DNA of 64,000 nucleotides from an uncultured delta proteobacterium (GTDB lineage Bacteria; Desulfobacterota; Binatia; HRBIN30; BPIQ01): NCBI GenBank assembly GCA_963761335.1, contig CAVXGR010000015.1, positions 1 to 64,000 of the forward strand, read 5' to 3'. Shown piece by piece: positions 10,981 to 19,625 of this stretch (position 1 is its first letter; each line of letters starts with the position of its first letter). The notes under the pieces were generated by a model. It saw only the letters and a program-made list of their open reading frames with translations, ran no database searches and was not told where the DNA came from. The position numbers and the translations under genes were made by a program.

Positions 10981-11693
10981 TATCGCCCAAAGCGCCCCTT
11001 AGGATAGTCGTGTGCTTTCTCGCGATCGGGTCAGGGTGTGCTTCTGGGTTGACCCCACAGAGCGAAGTTCCGCCCGCCGTCGGGAAGGCGATGGCTGAGC
11101 TTCAAGCAGCATCAAAGCTACCTATCGACCAGCACCAACAACTCGTCAACGGATACACCGTTGACGTTGTCTCGAGGGATGCTGCGCTCAAGGGATTCCT
11201 AGAGAAGCACGAGCAGGAGCTTCTTCAGGCCGCAGCCGGACTCAAGAGGATCGCCGATGCTGGAGGCCCGTGGTCGGTTGATGCAGCTGTTATTCTCGGG
11301 TTCCTGTACTCATTCACGGGTGCCGATGTGCTATGGGCTCCGGCGGCCGCACTAAGACAATTCCAGAAACTGGCAGAATGGAATGGGCCCCTGAGGCTCA
11401 AATCATGGACTCGCGAAGAACTCCGATCGATTCCGGCGATCGGGTATGGATGGAATGAGGACGGGCTGCAGAACGGTGCGGACGAGTCCGTTCACGTGGT
11501 CGCATATTTCGCGCGACAGCTCGTTGCGAGAGTCTTGGTAACAGAGGGCCCGGCAGCGGCCGGCAGAAGGGTTGCGCAGCTGCGCCGGTCCAGCGTTGTT
11601 GCCCCTGCAGTGCTTGCGGACCTTGAGCACATGATCCGCACCTACGAGAGTCTCAACGAGAAGATGCCACGGGGCGAGGAGAAGCGACCCTAG
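10977..11693 (+). CDS. Lipoprotein, candidate immunity protein
   Basis: ATGA overlap with the toxin stop; lipobox-like IVVCFLAIGSG-C. Immunity role inferred from position only. Confidence 0.6.
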   Translation: MISPKAPLRIVVCFLAIGSGCASGLTPQSEVPPAVGKAMAELQAASKLPIDQHQQLVNGYTVDVVSRDAALKGFLEKHEQELLQAAAGLKRIADAGGPWSVDAAVILGFLYSFTGADVLWAPAAALRQFQKLAEWNGPLRLKSWTREELRSIPAIGYGWNEDGLQNGADESVHVVAYFARQLVARVLVTEGPAAAGRRVAQLRRSSVVAPAVLADLEHMIRTYESLNEKMPRGEEKRP

Positions 11694-11953
11694 CGAAAGC
11701 GAGAGGAAGGCGAGGAGGCGTCTTCAAGTGCCGATATAGCAAGAGCGGTAGTGGAACTCCGCCGCTAGAGATCGTATTTGTAAAACCTGAGAGGATAATC
11801 ATGAGGATGCATGTGTCGAGCGTGTCTCTCTTGGTAATAGCGTTCATCTTCGGCCCGGCCGCGTCGTTTGCGCAGACCAGTACTCCGGCGTCGATCACCT
11901 CCACAAGAGCCGGAGTAAGGCGACTTGAATGTAAACGGCCGAGGAGGAGAACC

Positions 11954-12376
11954 ATGAACAGGTGTCGATGGAGTCTGTGGGTCCTGGCTGCGGCTCTCAC
12001 CTTGGCGGCCGCTTCGGCCTCCGCCCAGACCAGCACGACCTCCGCCATTACCTCGACGAGCCTGGAGGGCGGCGGTGACTGGAGAACGGACGGGAGGGCG
12101 GCCAAGCCAGCGCAGCAGTGGACCATCCAACTGCTGCACAGTGCCGACAATGCCCTTCGAGGGCGTATCTCGGTGGCAGGTTCGCCGCTGCTCGACGGCG
12201 GCAACGTGGAGGGGGCAATCAGCGGCGCGACTGTGTCGGGCACCATCAGCGACGATGAAGGCAATCGGGTGGCGAGGTTCGAAGGCAAGGTTACCGCAAG
12301 CGGGATGTCCGGTACATACAGGGACCGCACAGGCGAGACCGGCACTTGGATGTGGAATGGTCCGCCACCGAAGTGA
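11954..12376 (+). CDS. Small secreted beta-rich protein
   Basis: GAGGAGG RBS; signal peptide ending ASA-Q; repeated GxISG strands. Confidence 0.7.
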   Translation: MNRCRWSLWVLAAALTLAAASASAQTSTTSAITSTSLEGGGDWRTDGRAAKPAQQWTIQLLHSADNALRGRISVAGSPLLDGGNVEGAISGATVSGTISDDEGNRVARFEGKVTASGMSGTYRDRTGETGTWMWNGPPPK

Positions 12377-12566
12377 GGAGGACGGGGGCCCATGTGATAT
12401 TGGTGTTGGCTAAGGAAGGGCCACGGCTGACGCAAAGTCGGGATGTATTATCCGCGATCGAGCCGGCCCGCAGACAAAGTGCCAGGTGTCTCCGGCCACC
12501 GCTTAGCGCGTAGCGGCCAGGCGAGGAAGGGGTGGTCGAGCGTTCGGTGAAACTCGAAGAGGCCGC

Positions 12567-14213
12567 ATGAGCCGTTTCGGTAGCGCCGTGACGACTGCTG
12601 TCCTAGTCGTGGTGAGCTTTCCTCCATGGGGGCTGTGGGCACTCTCGTTTGTATGTCTAATTCCGTGGCTATACGCAATTCGGGAAGAAGACGGACTGCT
12701 GATGGCCTTTGGAACCGCCTGGGTTGCAGGGGTGATGATCTATGCGATTGGATTCCCGTGGGTTGCGGGAGCGATTGCGCGGTCGCAAAGGATCACTCTC
12801 GGCGGATCGATCGGCTTGGCCGCCGCCTTCGTGGCCTACCACGGCGTGCAGGTCGCGATCTTCGGCGTCGGCACAGCGACCCTGAAGAGGCTTCTTCGGC
12901 ACGACGACTCCGTATGGTCGGCTATCTCTATCGCCGGTTTGTGGGTTGTTGTGGAATGGGCCTTTCCGCGGGTGACGCCGTGGTCATTGGGCAGCGCCTT
13001 AGAGTCGTCTCGATTGTTCCGCCAGCCAGCGGACCTCGTCGGCCCGGAGGGGCTGAGCTTCTGTGTGGTCATGGTCAACGCCCTTCTCTATACCGCACTG
13101 CGGCCCCGGAGCGCGACGGCGCGCCTCCGATTGCTGCGAGTCGCTGCTGCTGGTGCCGTCGTGCTCGGGATGGGGGCCTACGGTCTGTGGCGAATTCCTA
13201 TCGTGCTGGCTGTTCAAGAGCGCGGTCCTTCGGTGGAAGGTAGAGCGTACCAGACAGCCACTATCGCGCTAGCCCAGGGCGGGATTTCAAATACTGAACC
13301 AGACATCGCGCGGTCAGACCGCTTGGCGTGGTCTCGGTACTCAGCTCTCACGCGCGAGGCCCTCGCTAGGGGCGCCAATATTGTTGTTTGGCCCGAGACG
13401 GTACTGCGCACCTACTTACGCGGGGATTCGCTCTATCATGGACGGTTACAGAGATTAGCCTCAGAGACTCAGGTGCCCATCATAGTTGGTGCTCTCGACG
13501 TGGACCCGCAGCGTCCGGACGCGGAGCTGAACACCGCGTATGTATTCTCGCCACAACTCCGGGTGCCCCAGCTGCTGCCAATAGCTGGCAAGCCGGCTTG
13601 GCCGATCCCTCCGGTGCAGGCTTATCACAAACACACTCTCTTTCCTTTCGGAGAGTATCTACCCCTCTCCTGGTTGCTGCCGGAGGGAGTCTGGAAGACA
13701 ACCGGACGATTCATTCCGGGGAGAGCCGCTGCAGAGGAGTCAAGCTTTCGTCTCGCCCTGCAGCAGGCCAATGGGCGAATGACAACGGTCGCTCCTTCCG
13801 TCTGTGTCGAGGCGCTCCTCCCGGGTTGGTTCAATGAAGCGGTGCGTCACGGTGCAGCCTTCTTGGTGAACCTGTCCGATGACGGATGGTTTGAAGGAAG
13901 CGCGGTTCCCGAGCAGGATCTTGAGCTTGGGCGGCTCCGAGCCGTCGAGACTCGTAGGTGGATGGTACGTGCGTCGAATTCTGGCATCAGCGCGTTCATC
14001 AACCCTGTTGGCGACGTGGTGTCGTCCCTGCCGTACGGGGCCGAGGGTGTTCTTACGCATGTGATCGAGCTGCGTAGTGGCGTGACGCCGTATGCGCGCT
14101 GGGGCCGGCTCGTTGTGCCGCTGTGCTTCGGGGCGATATTCGTATCGGTGGGTGTCGCGTTGATCCGCCACCCGAAGGTGAACGATTGGGGCGAAGAGGA
14201 GAATTCGGGATGA
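12567..14213 (+). CDS. lnt: Apolipoprotein N-acyltransferase
   Basis: N-terminal TM helices plus nitrilase fold motifs VVWPET, YHKHTLFPFGEY, SVCVE, NLSDDGWF, RAVETRRWMVRASNSGIS. Confidence 0.9.
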   Translation: MSRFGSAVTTAVLVVVSFPPWGLWALSFVCLIPWLYAIREEDGLLMAFGTAWVAGVMIYAIGFPWVAGAIARSQRITLGGSIGLAAAFVAYHGVQVAIFGVGTATLKRLLRHDDSVWSAISIAGLWVVVEWAFPRVTPWSLGSALESSRLFRQPADLVGPEGLSFCVVMVNALLYTALRPRSATARLRLLRVAAAGAVVLGMGAYGLWRIPIVLAVQERGPSVEGRAYQTATIALAQGGISNTEPDIARSDRLAWSRYSALTREALARGANIVVWPETVLRTYLRGDSLYHGRLQRLASETQVPIIVGALDVDPQRPDAELNTAYVFSPQLRVPQLLPIAGKPAWPIPPVQAYHKHTLFPFGEYLPLSWLLPEGVWKTTGRFIPGRAAAEESSFRLALQQANGRMTTVAPSVCVEALLPGWFNEAVRHGAAFLVNLSDDGWFEGSAVPEQDLELGRLRAVETRRWMVRASNSGISAFINPVGDVVSSLPYGAEGVLTHVIELRSGVTPYARWGRLVVPLCFGAIFVSVGVALIRHPKVNDWGEEENSG

Positions 14214-15409
14214 AGGCTTGGCATGGCCTGTTGCTGATTGCCCTCGCAGCTTTTGGAGTGGCGAATTCTCGTGCCGACGAGTGTGTATTTGTCGCAGACC
14301 GCACGGACGACTCGCTGCGCCTCGTGCGTGGCCAAAGCCTGGAGGTGCTCGCGGAGTTTCCAACGGAGGCTCGCGGCGCGTATCGGGACTTGGTCGTAGG
14401 AGACCGCGTTTACGTCAGCAACGCGATTTCCAATAGCGTGTCCGTGATCCACCTGCCCGGGGGAACGGTTTCTCTGATCGATGTCGGTGCCACTCCGGAG
14501 GAAATGGCGGTGACGAGTGACGGAAAGTGGCTTTATGTCGCCAATGTCACGGGCAACTCTATTTCGCTGATCGATACGAGTACCGATACGGTCGCGGACA
14601 CTCTGCCGCTGATCGGCAGTCCGACGGACCTCGCGATCACCCCAGGCGATCTTGGTATGTTTGCGCTCTCGGTCATGACGGACGCGACGTACAACATCTC
14701 GATCGGACCCATGCCCTATGGGGGTGTCGCCTCCTTTTTCGGTTCGCCGCTAGCTCTCACCTATTTCCAAGATGCGGACCACTTCTATCGGCTTATTGCC
14801 ATTGGAGGCAGCGTGTCCGGCGTGTCTGTGGCGAATCTCTCCCCGGCCCGCGGAGCATTCGGATTTCCGGCGCCTCGCGTGAGCGACCTCGTGGCTACGG
14901 ACTCGGGACTGGCGGTGGCCGGCACCGAATCAACGGGGGAGATACTGCTCTTCGACCTGATCGGTCAGATAGCGGTCGGAGCTATCGACCTGATCCCGGA
15001 CACAGTGCCGTCGAAGATCCAGGTCGCTCTTTCGCGACAGCAGCGGTTTGCCTACGCGACGATGGACGGGTTCTACACGGTCGATCTCGAAAATCTATCG
15101 TCCATGCGCGAACCGGGCGTCGACGACGGGCACTACCTTGCAGGGCTTGCTGTGTCGGACTGCCCTCCGGGCTACCCGACCCCGACGGCGACAGCGACGA
15201 CGCAAGCGACGGCCACAGCCTCGCCTACTGCCACCCCAGGTGACGAAACCCCCGTTCCAACCGCGACCTCAGCGCTGCCACCCGCCGCGGGCGGATGCAC
15301 GATGGGATCCAGTGGAGACCTGCCATCGCTGCTGTGGATGTTGCTGCCCCTGTTGTGGCTGTCTCGAAAAGCTCTGGGCCGGCCAAGTCAGCACGAATGC
15401 CTGCGTTAG
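14210..15409 (+). CDS. Secreted YVTN-type beta-propeller protein with PT linker and Cys-TM-basic C-terminal anchor
   Basis: Signal peptide; VYVSNAISNSVSVI and LYVANVTGNSISLID repeats; tail PTPTATAT...GGCTMG...LLWMLLPLLWLSRK; ATGA overlap with lnt. Confidence 0.8.
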   Translation: MKAWHGLLLIALAAFGVANSRADECVFVADRTDDSLRLVRGQSLEVLAEFPTEARGAYRDLVVGDRVYVSNAISNSVSVIHLPGGTVSLIDVGATPEEMAVTSDGKWLYVANVTGNSISLIDTSTDTVADTLPLIGSPTDLAITPGDLGMFALSVMTDATYNISIGPMPYGGVASFFGSPLALTYFQDADHFYRLIAIGGSVSGVSVANLSPARGAFGFPAPRVSDLVATDSGLAVAGTESTGEILLFDLIGQIAVGAIDLIPDTVPSKIQVALSRQQRFAYATMDGFYTVDLENLSSMREPGVDDGHYLAGLAVSDCPPGYPTPTATATTQATATASPTATPGDETPVPTATSALPPAAGGCTMGSSGDLPSLLWMLLPLLWLSRKALGRPSQHECLR

Positions 15410-15432
15410 TTATCGGACAGCGATTGGCGGGG

Positions 15433-15810
15433 TTAGCTCGGCCGCCTCTTCTCCCACCGCTTGACCGTCGACTCATCGACGCCGAGGAGGGCAGCGAGCC
15501 GCCTACGGGAGAACCCCAATGCCTGCCGGGCCCTGGCAAGACGGGCCGGCCATCCTTCCGCCGGCTCGATCGGCGCATAGCCGAGGAAGTCGATGATCGC
15601 CGGGATCTGGCTCACTTTGGGCTGAGCCCGGTTTCGCTCCCAGCTGGTCACCGAACTGGCGGAGCAGCCGATAAGTCTGGCCGCGTCGCGTTGAAGGAGG
15701 CCGAGGGCGATCCGCCGGCGGCGGATGTGCTCGCCCCACGTTCTGGGCTCGCGCAGAAATGCGGTATGCTCAGGTTTTCGAGCACTTAGCCGGATTTGGC
15801 AAAAAGGCAA
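15433..15810 (-). CDS. Tandem XRE-HTH protein, copy 2 (abuts the comM junction)
   Basis: Near-identical to 3566-3976. Confidence 0.8.
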   Translation of the reverse strand: MPFCQIRLSARKPEHTAFLREPRTWGEHIRRRRIALGLLQRDAARLIGCSASSVTSWERNRAQPKVSQIPAIIDFLGYAPIEPAEGWPARLARARQALGFSRRRLAALLGVDESTVKRWEKRRPS

Positions 15811-15815
15811 CGCAG

Positions 15816-16310
15816 GGATGCCCTTGTGGATATTTTGGCGACGCCCAGCGCGAGTGCAGCTGCAGCGGCCAGGCGGTGCAGCGCTACCGGACGCGCATCT
15901 CCGGGCCGCTGCTCGACCGCATCGACATCCAGATCGAGGTGCCGGCGGTGAAGTTCAGGGAGCTCGCCGACCGCGCTGCCGGCGAATCGTCGGCGGCGAT
16001 CCGCGCCCGCGTCGAGAAGGCGCGGCGGCTGCAGCTCGAGCGCTTCGCCGGTCGCAGCGTCTTCTGCAACGCGCAGATGACCAGTCGCGACCTGCGCCGC
16101 CACTGCGCCCTGGATACCAAGAGCGAGCAGCTCCTCGAGCAGGCGATGACCCGCCTCGGCCTCAGCGCCCGCGCCTACGCCCGCATCCTCAAGGTGTCCC
16201 GCACCATCGCCGACCTGGATGCGCAGCCGGGCATCACCACGGCGCACGTCGCCGAGGCCATCCAGTACCGCAGCCTCGACCGCGCCTTCGGCTGGGGGGT
16301 AGAGCCGTGA
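15816..16310 (+). pseudogene. comM: comM/yifB 3' half, copy 2
   Basis: GCPCGYFGDAQRECSC...AIQYRSLDRAFGWGVEP; differs from copy 1 mostly at synonymous sites. Confidence 0.9.
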
Positions 16311-16311
16311 T

Positions 16312-16471
16312 GGGGACAGGCTACTTTTCCGGCGCGAGATCAGATGGGGCAGTGCGACATGAGAAGGAAAAGTTGCCTGTCCCCACGAGCACGCCGGTTG
16401 GGGACAGGCAACTTTTGCGGCCGAAGCCGCGGCGCCGGAGGCATCTCGTCAGGCAAAAGTAGCCTGTCCCC
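16312..16471. repeat. Two REP-like inverted-repeat units (ggggacaggc...gcctgtcccc)
   Basis: Units at 16312-16384 and 16400-16471, directly before the RAYT fragment; a third copy is at 30429-30500. Confidence 0.75.
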
Positions 16472-16486
16472 ATTGAGGAGGACTCC

Positions 16487-16663
16487 ATGCCCCGCATTCC
16501 CCGAGGCCAAAGCACGGCTGCATCCCTCCACGTCCTCAACCGCAGCAACGACCGCCGCGCAATCTTTCGATCCTCCGCCGACTACACGGCCTTCATCGAT
16601 CTGCTGCGCCGCACCAAGAAGGCCATCCCGCTCCCGATCTACGCCTTCACCGTCATGCCAAAC
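16487..16663 (+). pseudogene. REP-associated tyrosine transposase (RAYT/Y1) N-terminal fragment
   Basis: GAGGAGG RBS; MPRIPR...LHVLNRSNDRRAIF...DYTAFIDLL...IYAFTVMPN stops just before the expected HUH motif, where a repeat element begins. Confidence 0.75.
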
Positions 16664-16767
16664 CGGGCAAAACGATTCCGCCGGCCCGCGGGCCAATGTA
16701 GAAGCGGCGTCTCGCCGCTTCGGAAAGCGCCGGGACGGCGCTTCTACTTCGGTTTTGAGACGGCCTC
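16664..16767. repeat. GTAG-foot REP doublet/MITE, copy 1
   Basis: GTAG-AAGCGGCG-tct-CGCCGCTT plus an inverted partner, ending ggttttgagacggcctc. Other copies at 31928-32031, 57307-57370 (reverse) and 60199-60318. Confidence 0.8.
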
Positions 16768-16826
16768 GCCAACCCGCGGTCGGGAAGCGCCTCGGCCCGG
16801 GCATCCGCAACCCAAGGGTCTCGCCA

Positions 16827-17043
16827 GGTAGTGCCTCAATTCATTTCGGGCCGTTCAGCGTCGCCCTCTCCCGCATTGCCTGCGGGAGAGGGGCAGGGGT
16901 GAGGGTGCCGATCTTTTTGAAGGTGCGTAGACAACGACGAGCTTTCAGGGAACAGAAAGGGACCCCTCACCTGACCTCTCCCCGCGGAAGTGCGGGGAGA
17001 GGGACCTGGTGCCTGTGCGTCGGAATCAAACTGATACACTACC
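16827..17043. repeat. MITE/REP composite (ccctctccc...gggagagg hairpins) with imperfect terminal inverted repeats
   Basis: Close copy at 47547-47775; ends ggtagtgcctcaattc and gaatcaaactgatacactacc. Confidence 0.75.
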
Positions 17044-17805
17044 GTCTCGCCATGTATCTCAAGATTCTTGACAATCGTCTCTGGCGGTTACGCTACAGTG
17101 CCCCGCCATCGACCGAAGCGGCTGATGAGTGCCTGCGACGCCGACAAGATCGCGGAGGTGAATCAATCCATCAAGGCGCCGTTCGACGTGCGGTAACTCC
17201 CCACAACCCCTGGTGCTTTGCCCGCCCGACATTGGGCAGGGCTCTCCCCACACCGACACCTGGGCCTACATCCTGTTCGGCGAGCCGGAGAGCTAGAGCG
17301 CGAGCTACGACACGACGCCGCTCTACACCGAGACGATAGACGATCGCGATGCCCTCAGGCGAATCGCCTGGATCCACGTTCCCATCGTCGAGGGGAGCTC
17401 TGCCCTGTGGTGGACGCTCTTCCTCTGCAAACTGCAGACTTTCGCTCCCGGCAAAGAGTTCTTCGCCTCCGGCAAAGGAAACGGGCTGGCCCTTGGAGAT
17501 ACAGGGCTATATGGTCGTGGGACCGATAAGCTATCGGAGCGCACGCAGTCCTCGCCGGGCACACGCACCAGCTGGGCAAACGTGGGGCGCAGCCGGATCG
17601 GGTCGCTGGACGGAGGAGTCATGCAAGCACGGTGTTCAGACAAGAAGGATGGCCCGCAACCGGCGGGGGCGTGGCTCGTAGCCCGTCGTGGTCGCGACGA
17701 AATCGATTTCTTCCGCCTCGAGCGAGAGTAGCATCCAAGGTCGGCGCGAATGGCGCGTTGCACGTACCTTCCCCGCTTCGGCCGACGGTCCGGAAAGGTG
17801 GCGTG

Positions 17806-19581
17806 ATGCCATGTAGACCGGAACGCACCTTCGTCCTCGCGGTCGCGCTCCTGTGGATGCTGGCCCAGGGGGTGGCCGGCGCCCGGCAGCTCAACACGAC
17901 GACGACGCATTACACCTACAACGCCGACGGGGAGCTCACGGCGGTCGCCACGCAGGTGGATGACCAGGTGCCGACGACGACCTACCTGACCTGGGACGAC
18001 TTCGCTCCCAATGCTTCCGACCCGGCCACCGGCACGATGTCGGTGGGCGACGGCCACCTGGTCAGCTACGGCCCGGTTCCGGGCAGCGGCAGCCAGGACG
18101 CGCAATTCAGCTTTGACCAGCGCGACCGCCTGGTGGGCTACGCCAATGCCCAACACAGCATCGTCTACGATCACCACGCCACCGGCCTGATGTCCTCGGC
18201 GACGGCGGATGGCGCAGACGGATGGCACTTCTACTACGACGACAGCCAGAACCCGCAGGTCTCCAACATCTACGAGCCGAGCACGCAGCGCTGGTCGGGA
18301 TACCTCGGCTCGGCGCGCTTCGTCAGCGACGGCGGCGAGCAGGTGCTCATAGAGCCGCGCAAGGACCTGGTTTGCGAGTACGATCCGCGCAGTCAGTCGG
18401 TCGAGGCGCATACCTACGACGCCTACGGCACGCAGAAGAACGCGACGCCGGCCGAGGGCTACGACCTGAGCGAGAACCCGTTCCAATACGCCGGCGAGTT
18501 TCGTGATCCGCTGTGGGGCGGCATCTACCTGCGGGCGCGCTGGTACGATCCGGACTTCCCCATCTTCCTTTCGCGCGACCCAATGCCGGAGCAGCTCAAC
18601 CACTACGGCTACGCCGGCGGCAACCCGGTGACGAATACCGACCCGAGCGGTACGCACTTCGGACGGAAGCTCGACAAGATCACCAAGGGGATCGGCGGAC
18701 ACTTCGCGCGCGTGCTGCTGTCGCCGTTTCTCGGGCCGCTGGAGCTGGCGGCGCATCCCAAGGCGTTCTGGAAGCAGCTCCAGGCCGACAAGGGCGGCAT
18801 CGACATCTTTCTGGCCGCCGGAGTCGCCGCGGAGGGATTCGGATTCTTCACGCCGGCGGCGGTCGACTTTCTCAGCCTGAGGACGCGCTTCACAGTGCGG
18901 CTGGTGACGGACGGCATCCTCGGCTTCGGGCAGTCCGCCACGCAGGCCGCTCTGACCAAGGGGTCCAAGCACTTCAACTGGCACATCTTTGGGCAAGGGG
19001 CCGAGTACACGGTGGGGGGCATCGGCTGGACGCGGGGCCTGGCGGGCATCGGCTACAGGCCCTTCGGCATCAAGGCGGCTGATCTCGAGTCGTTCGTCGC
19101 GAAACAAGGGAAGCTGAATGCGGGCGAGGCGCTCATCTTCCGCGTCCAGGATAGAGAGCTGACGAGATACAAAGGGGTGAGTCTGAAGTTTACCCAGACG
19201 TCGCCCCTGCAGGATGCGAGGGGACTCGGTCTCTACCACGAGCGCCTGATCGCCGTGACCAAGGAGGACGTCTACTCGACGGAGTTTTTCAACCGCGAGG
19301 TGTTGCGCGAGAACGAAGAGATCGAAGCGGGATATTTCGAGGACATCAGGAAGGAGAACTCGACTCGGTATCAATTCGTCGGTCGCAAGACAAACTTCAG
19401 CGGGCAGCAGTTCAGCACGGCCAACCCACGTGGGTTTGCGACCAAGGAACAGGTTGTGAGGTGGAAAGAAGCTCTGAAGACCAACAAGGACACGCCCTTT
19501 CCCGGCAACAGGTACAGTACCCTCGGGAACAACTGTCAGGACCACGTGCGCGCAATGCTCGAGCTTCTGGGAATGCGGTGA
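17806..19581 (+). CDS. Secreted mini-Rhs A: signal peptide, few YD repeats, Rhs core, C-terminal permuted papain-like (His...Cys) domain
   Basis: Signal peptide ...AQGVAGA-RQL; YDAYG, NPFQYAGE, YLRARWYDP, FLSRDP, GNPVTNTDPSG; tip carries LYHERL...YSTLGNNCQDH. Confidence 0.85.
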   Translation: MPCRPERTFVLAVALLWMLAQGVAGARQLNTTTTHYTYNADGELTAVATQVDDQVPTTTYLTWDDFAPNASDPATGTMSVGDGHLVSYGPVPGSGSQDAQFSFDQRDRLVGYANAQHSIVYDHHATGLMSSATADGADGWHFYYDDSQNPQVSNIYEPSTQRWSGYLGSARFVSDGGEQVLIEPRKDLVCEYDPRSQSVEAHTYDAYGTQKNATPAEGYDLSENPFQYAGEFRDPLWGGIYLRARWYDPDFPIFLSRDPMPEQLNHYGYAGGNPVTNTDPSGTHFGRKLDKITKGIGGHFARVLLSPFLGPLELAAHPKAFWKQLQADKGGIDIFLAAGVAAEGFGFFTPAAVDFLSLRTRFTVRLVTDGILGFGQSATQAALTKGSKHFNWHIFGQGAEYTVGGIGWTRGLAGIGYRPFGIKAADLESFVAKQGKLNAGEALIFRVQDRELTRYKGVSLKFTQTSPLQDARGLGLYHERLIAVTKEDVYSTEFFNREVLRENEEIEAGYFEDIRKENSTRYQFVGRKTNFSGQQFSTANPRGFATKEQVVRWKEALKTNKDTPFPGNRYSTLGNNCQDHVRAMLELLGMR

Positions 19582-19625
19582 AAGTGGATGAGACGGAGCG
19601 AAACAATCAAGCGGAGGATCGGCTG

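Larger units (their letters stand above)
3988..15821. mobile_element. Integrase-less island cassette ending at the comM junction (toxin/lipoprotein cargo)
   Basis: Bounded by two homologous HTH + ggcaacgcagggatgc ends. The right end joins the comM CPCG codons. Visibly more AT-rich than flanking housekeeping genes. Confidence 0.6.

Noticed and set aside
16312..17043. Possible CRISPR array
   Set aside because: The repeats are inverted hairpins of mixed families with no constant repeat-spacer period, and no cas genes are present.
17100..17730. Degraded gene upstream of mini-Rhs A
   Set aside because: There is a protein-like reading with internal stops, but no identifiable family.
17323..19545. 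Long antisense ORFs (also 23945-25660, 54307-56412 and others)
   Set aside because: Shadow frames of high-GC genes with no recognisable motifs.
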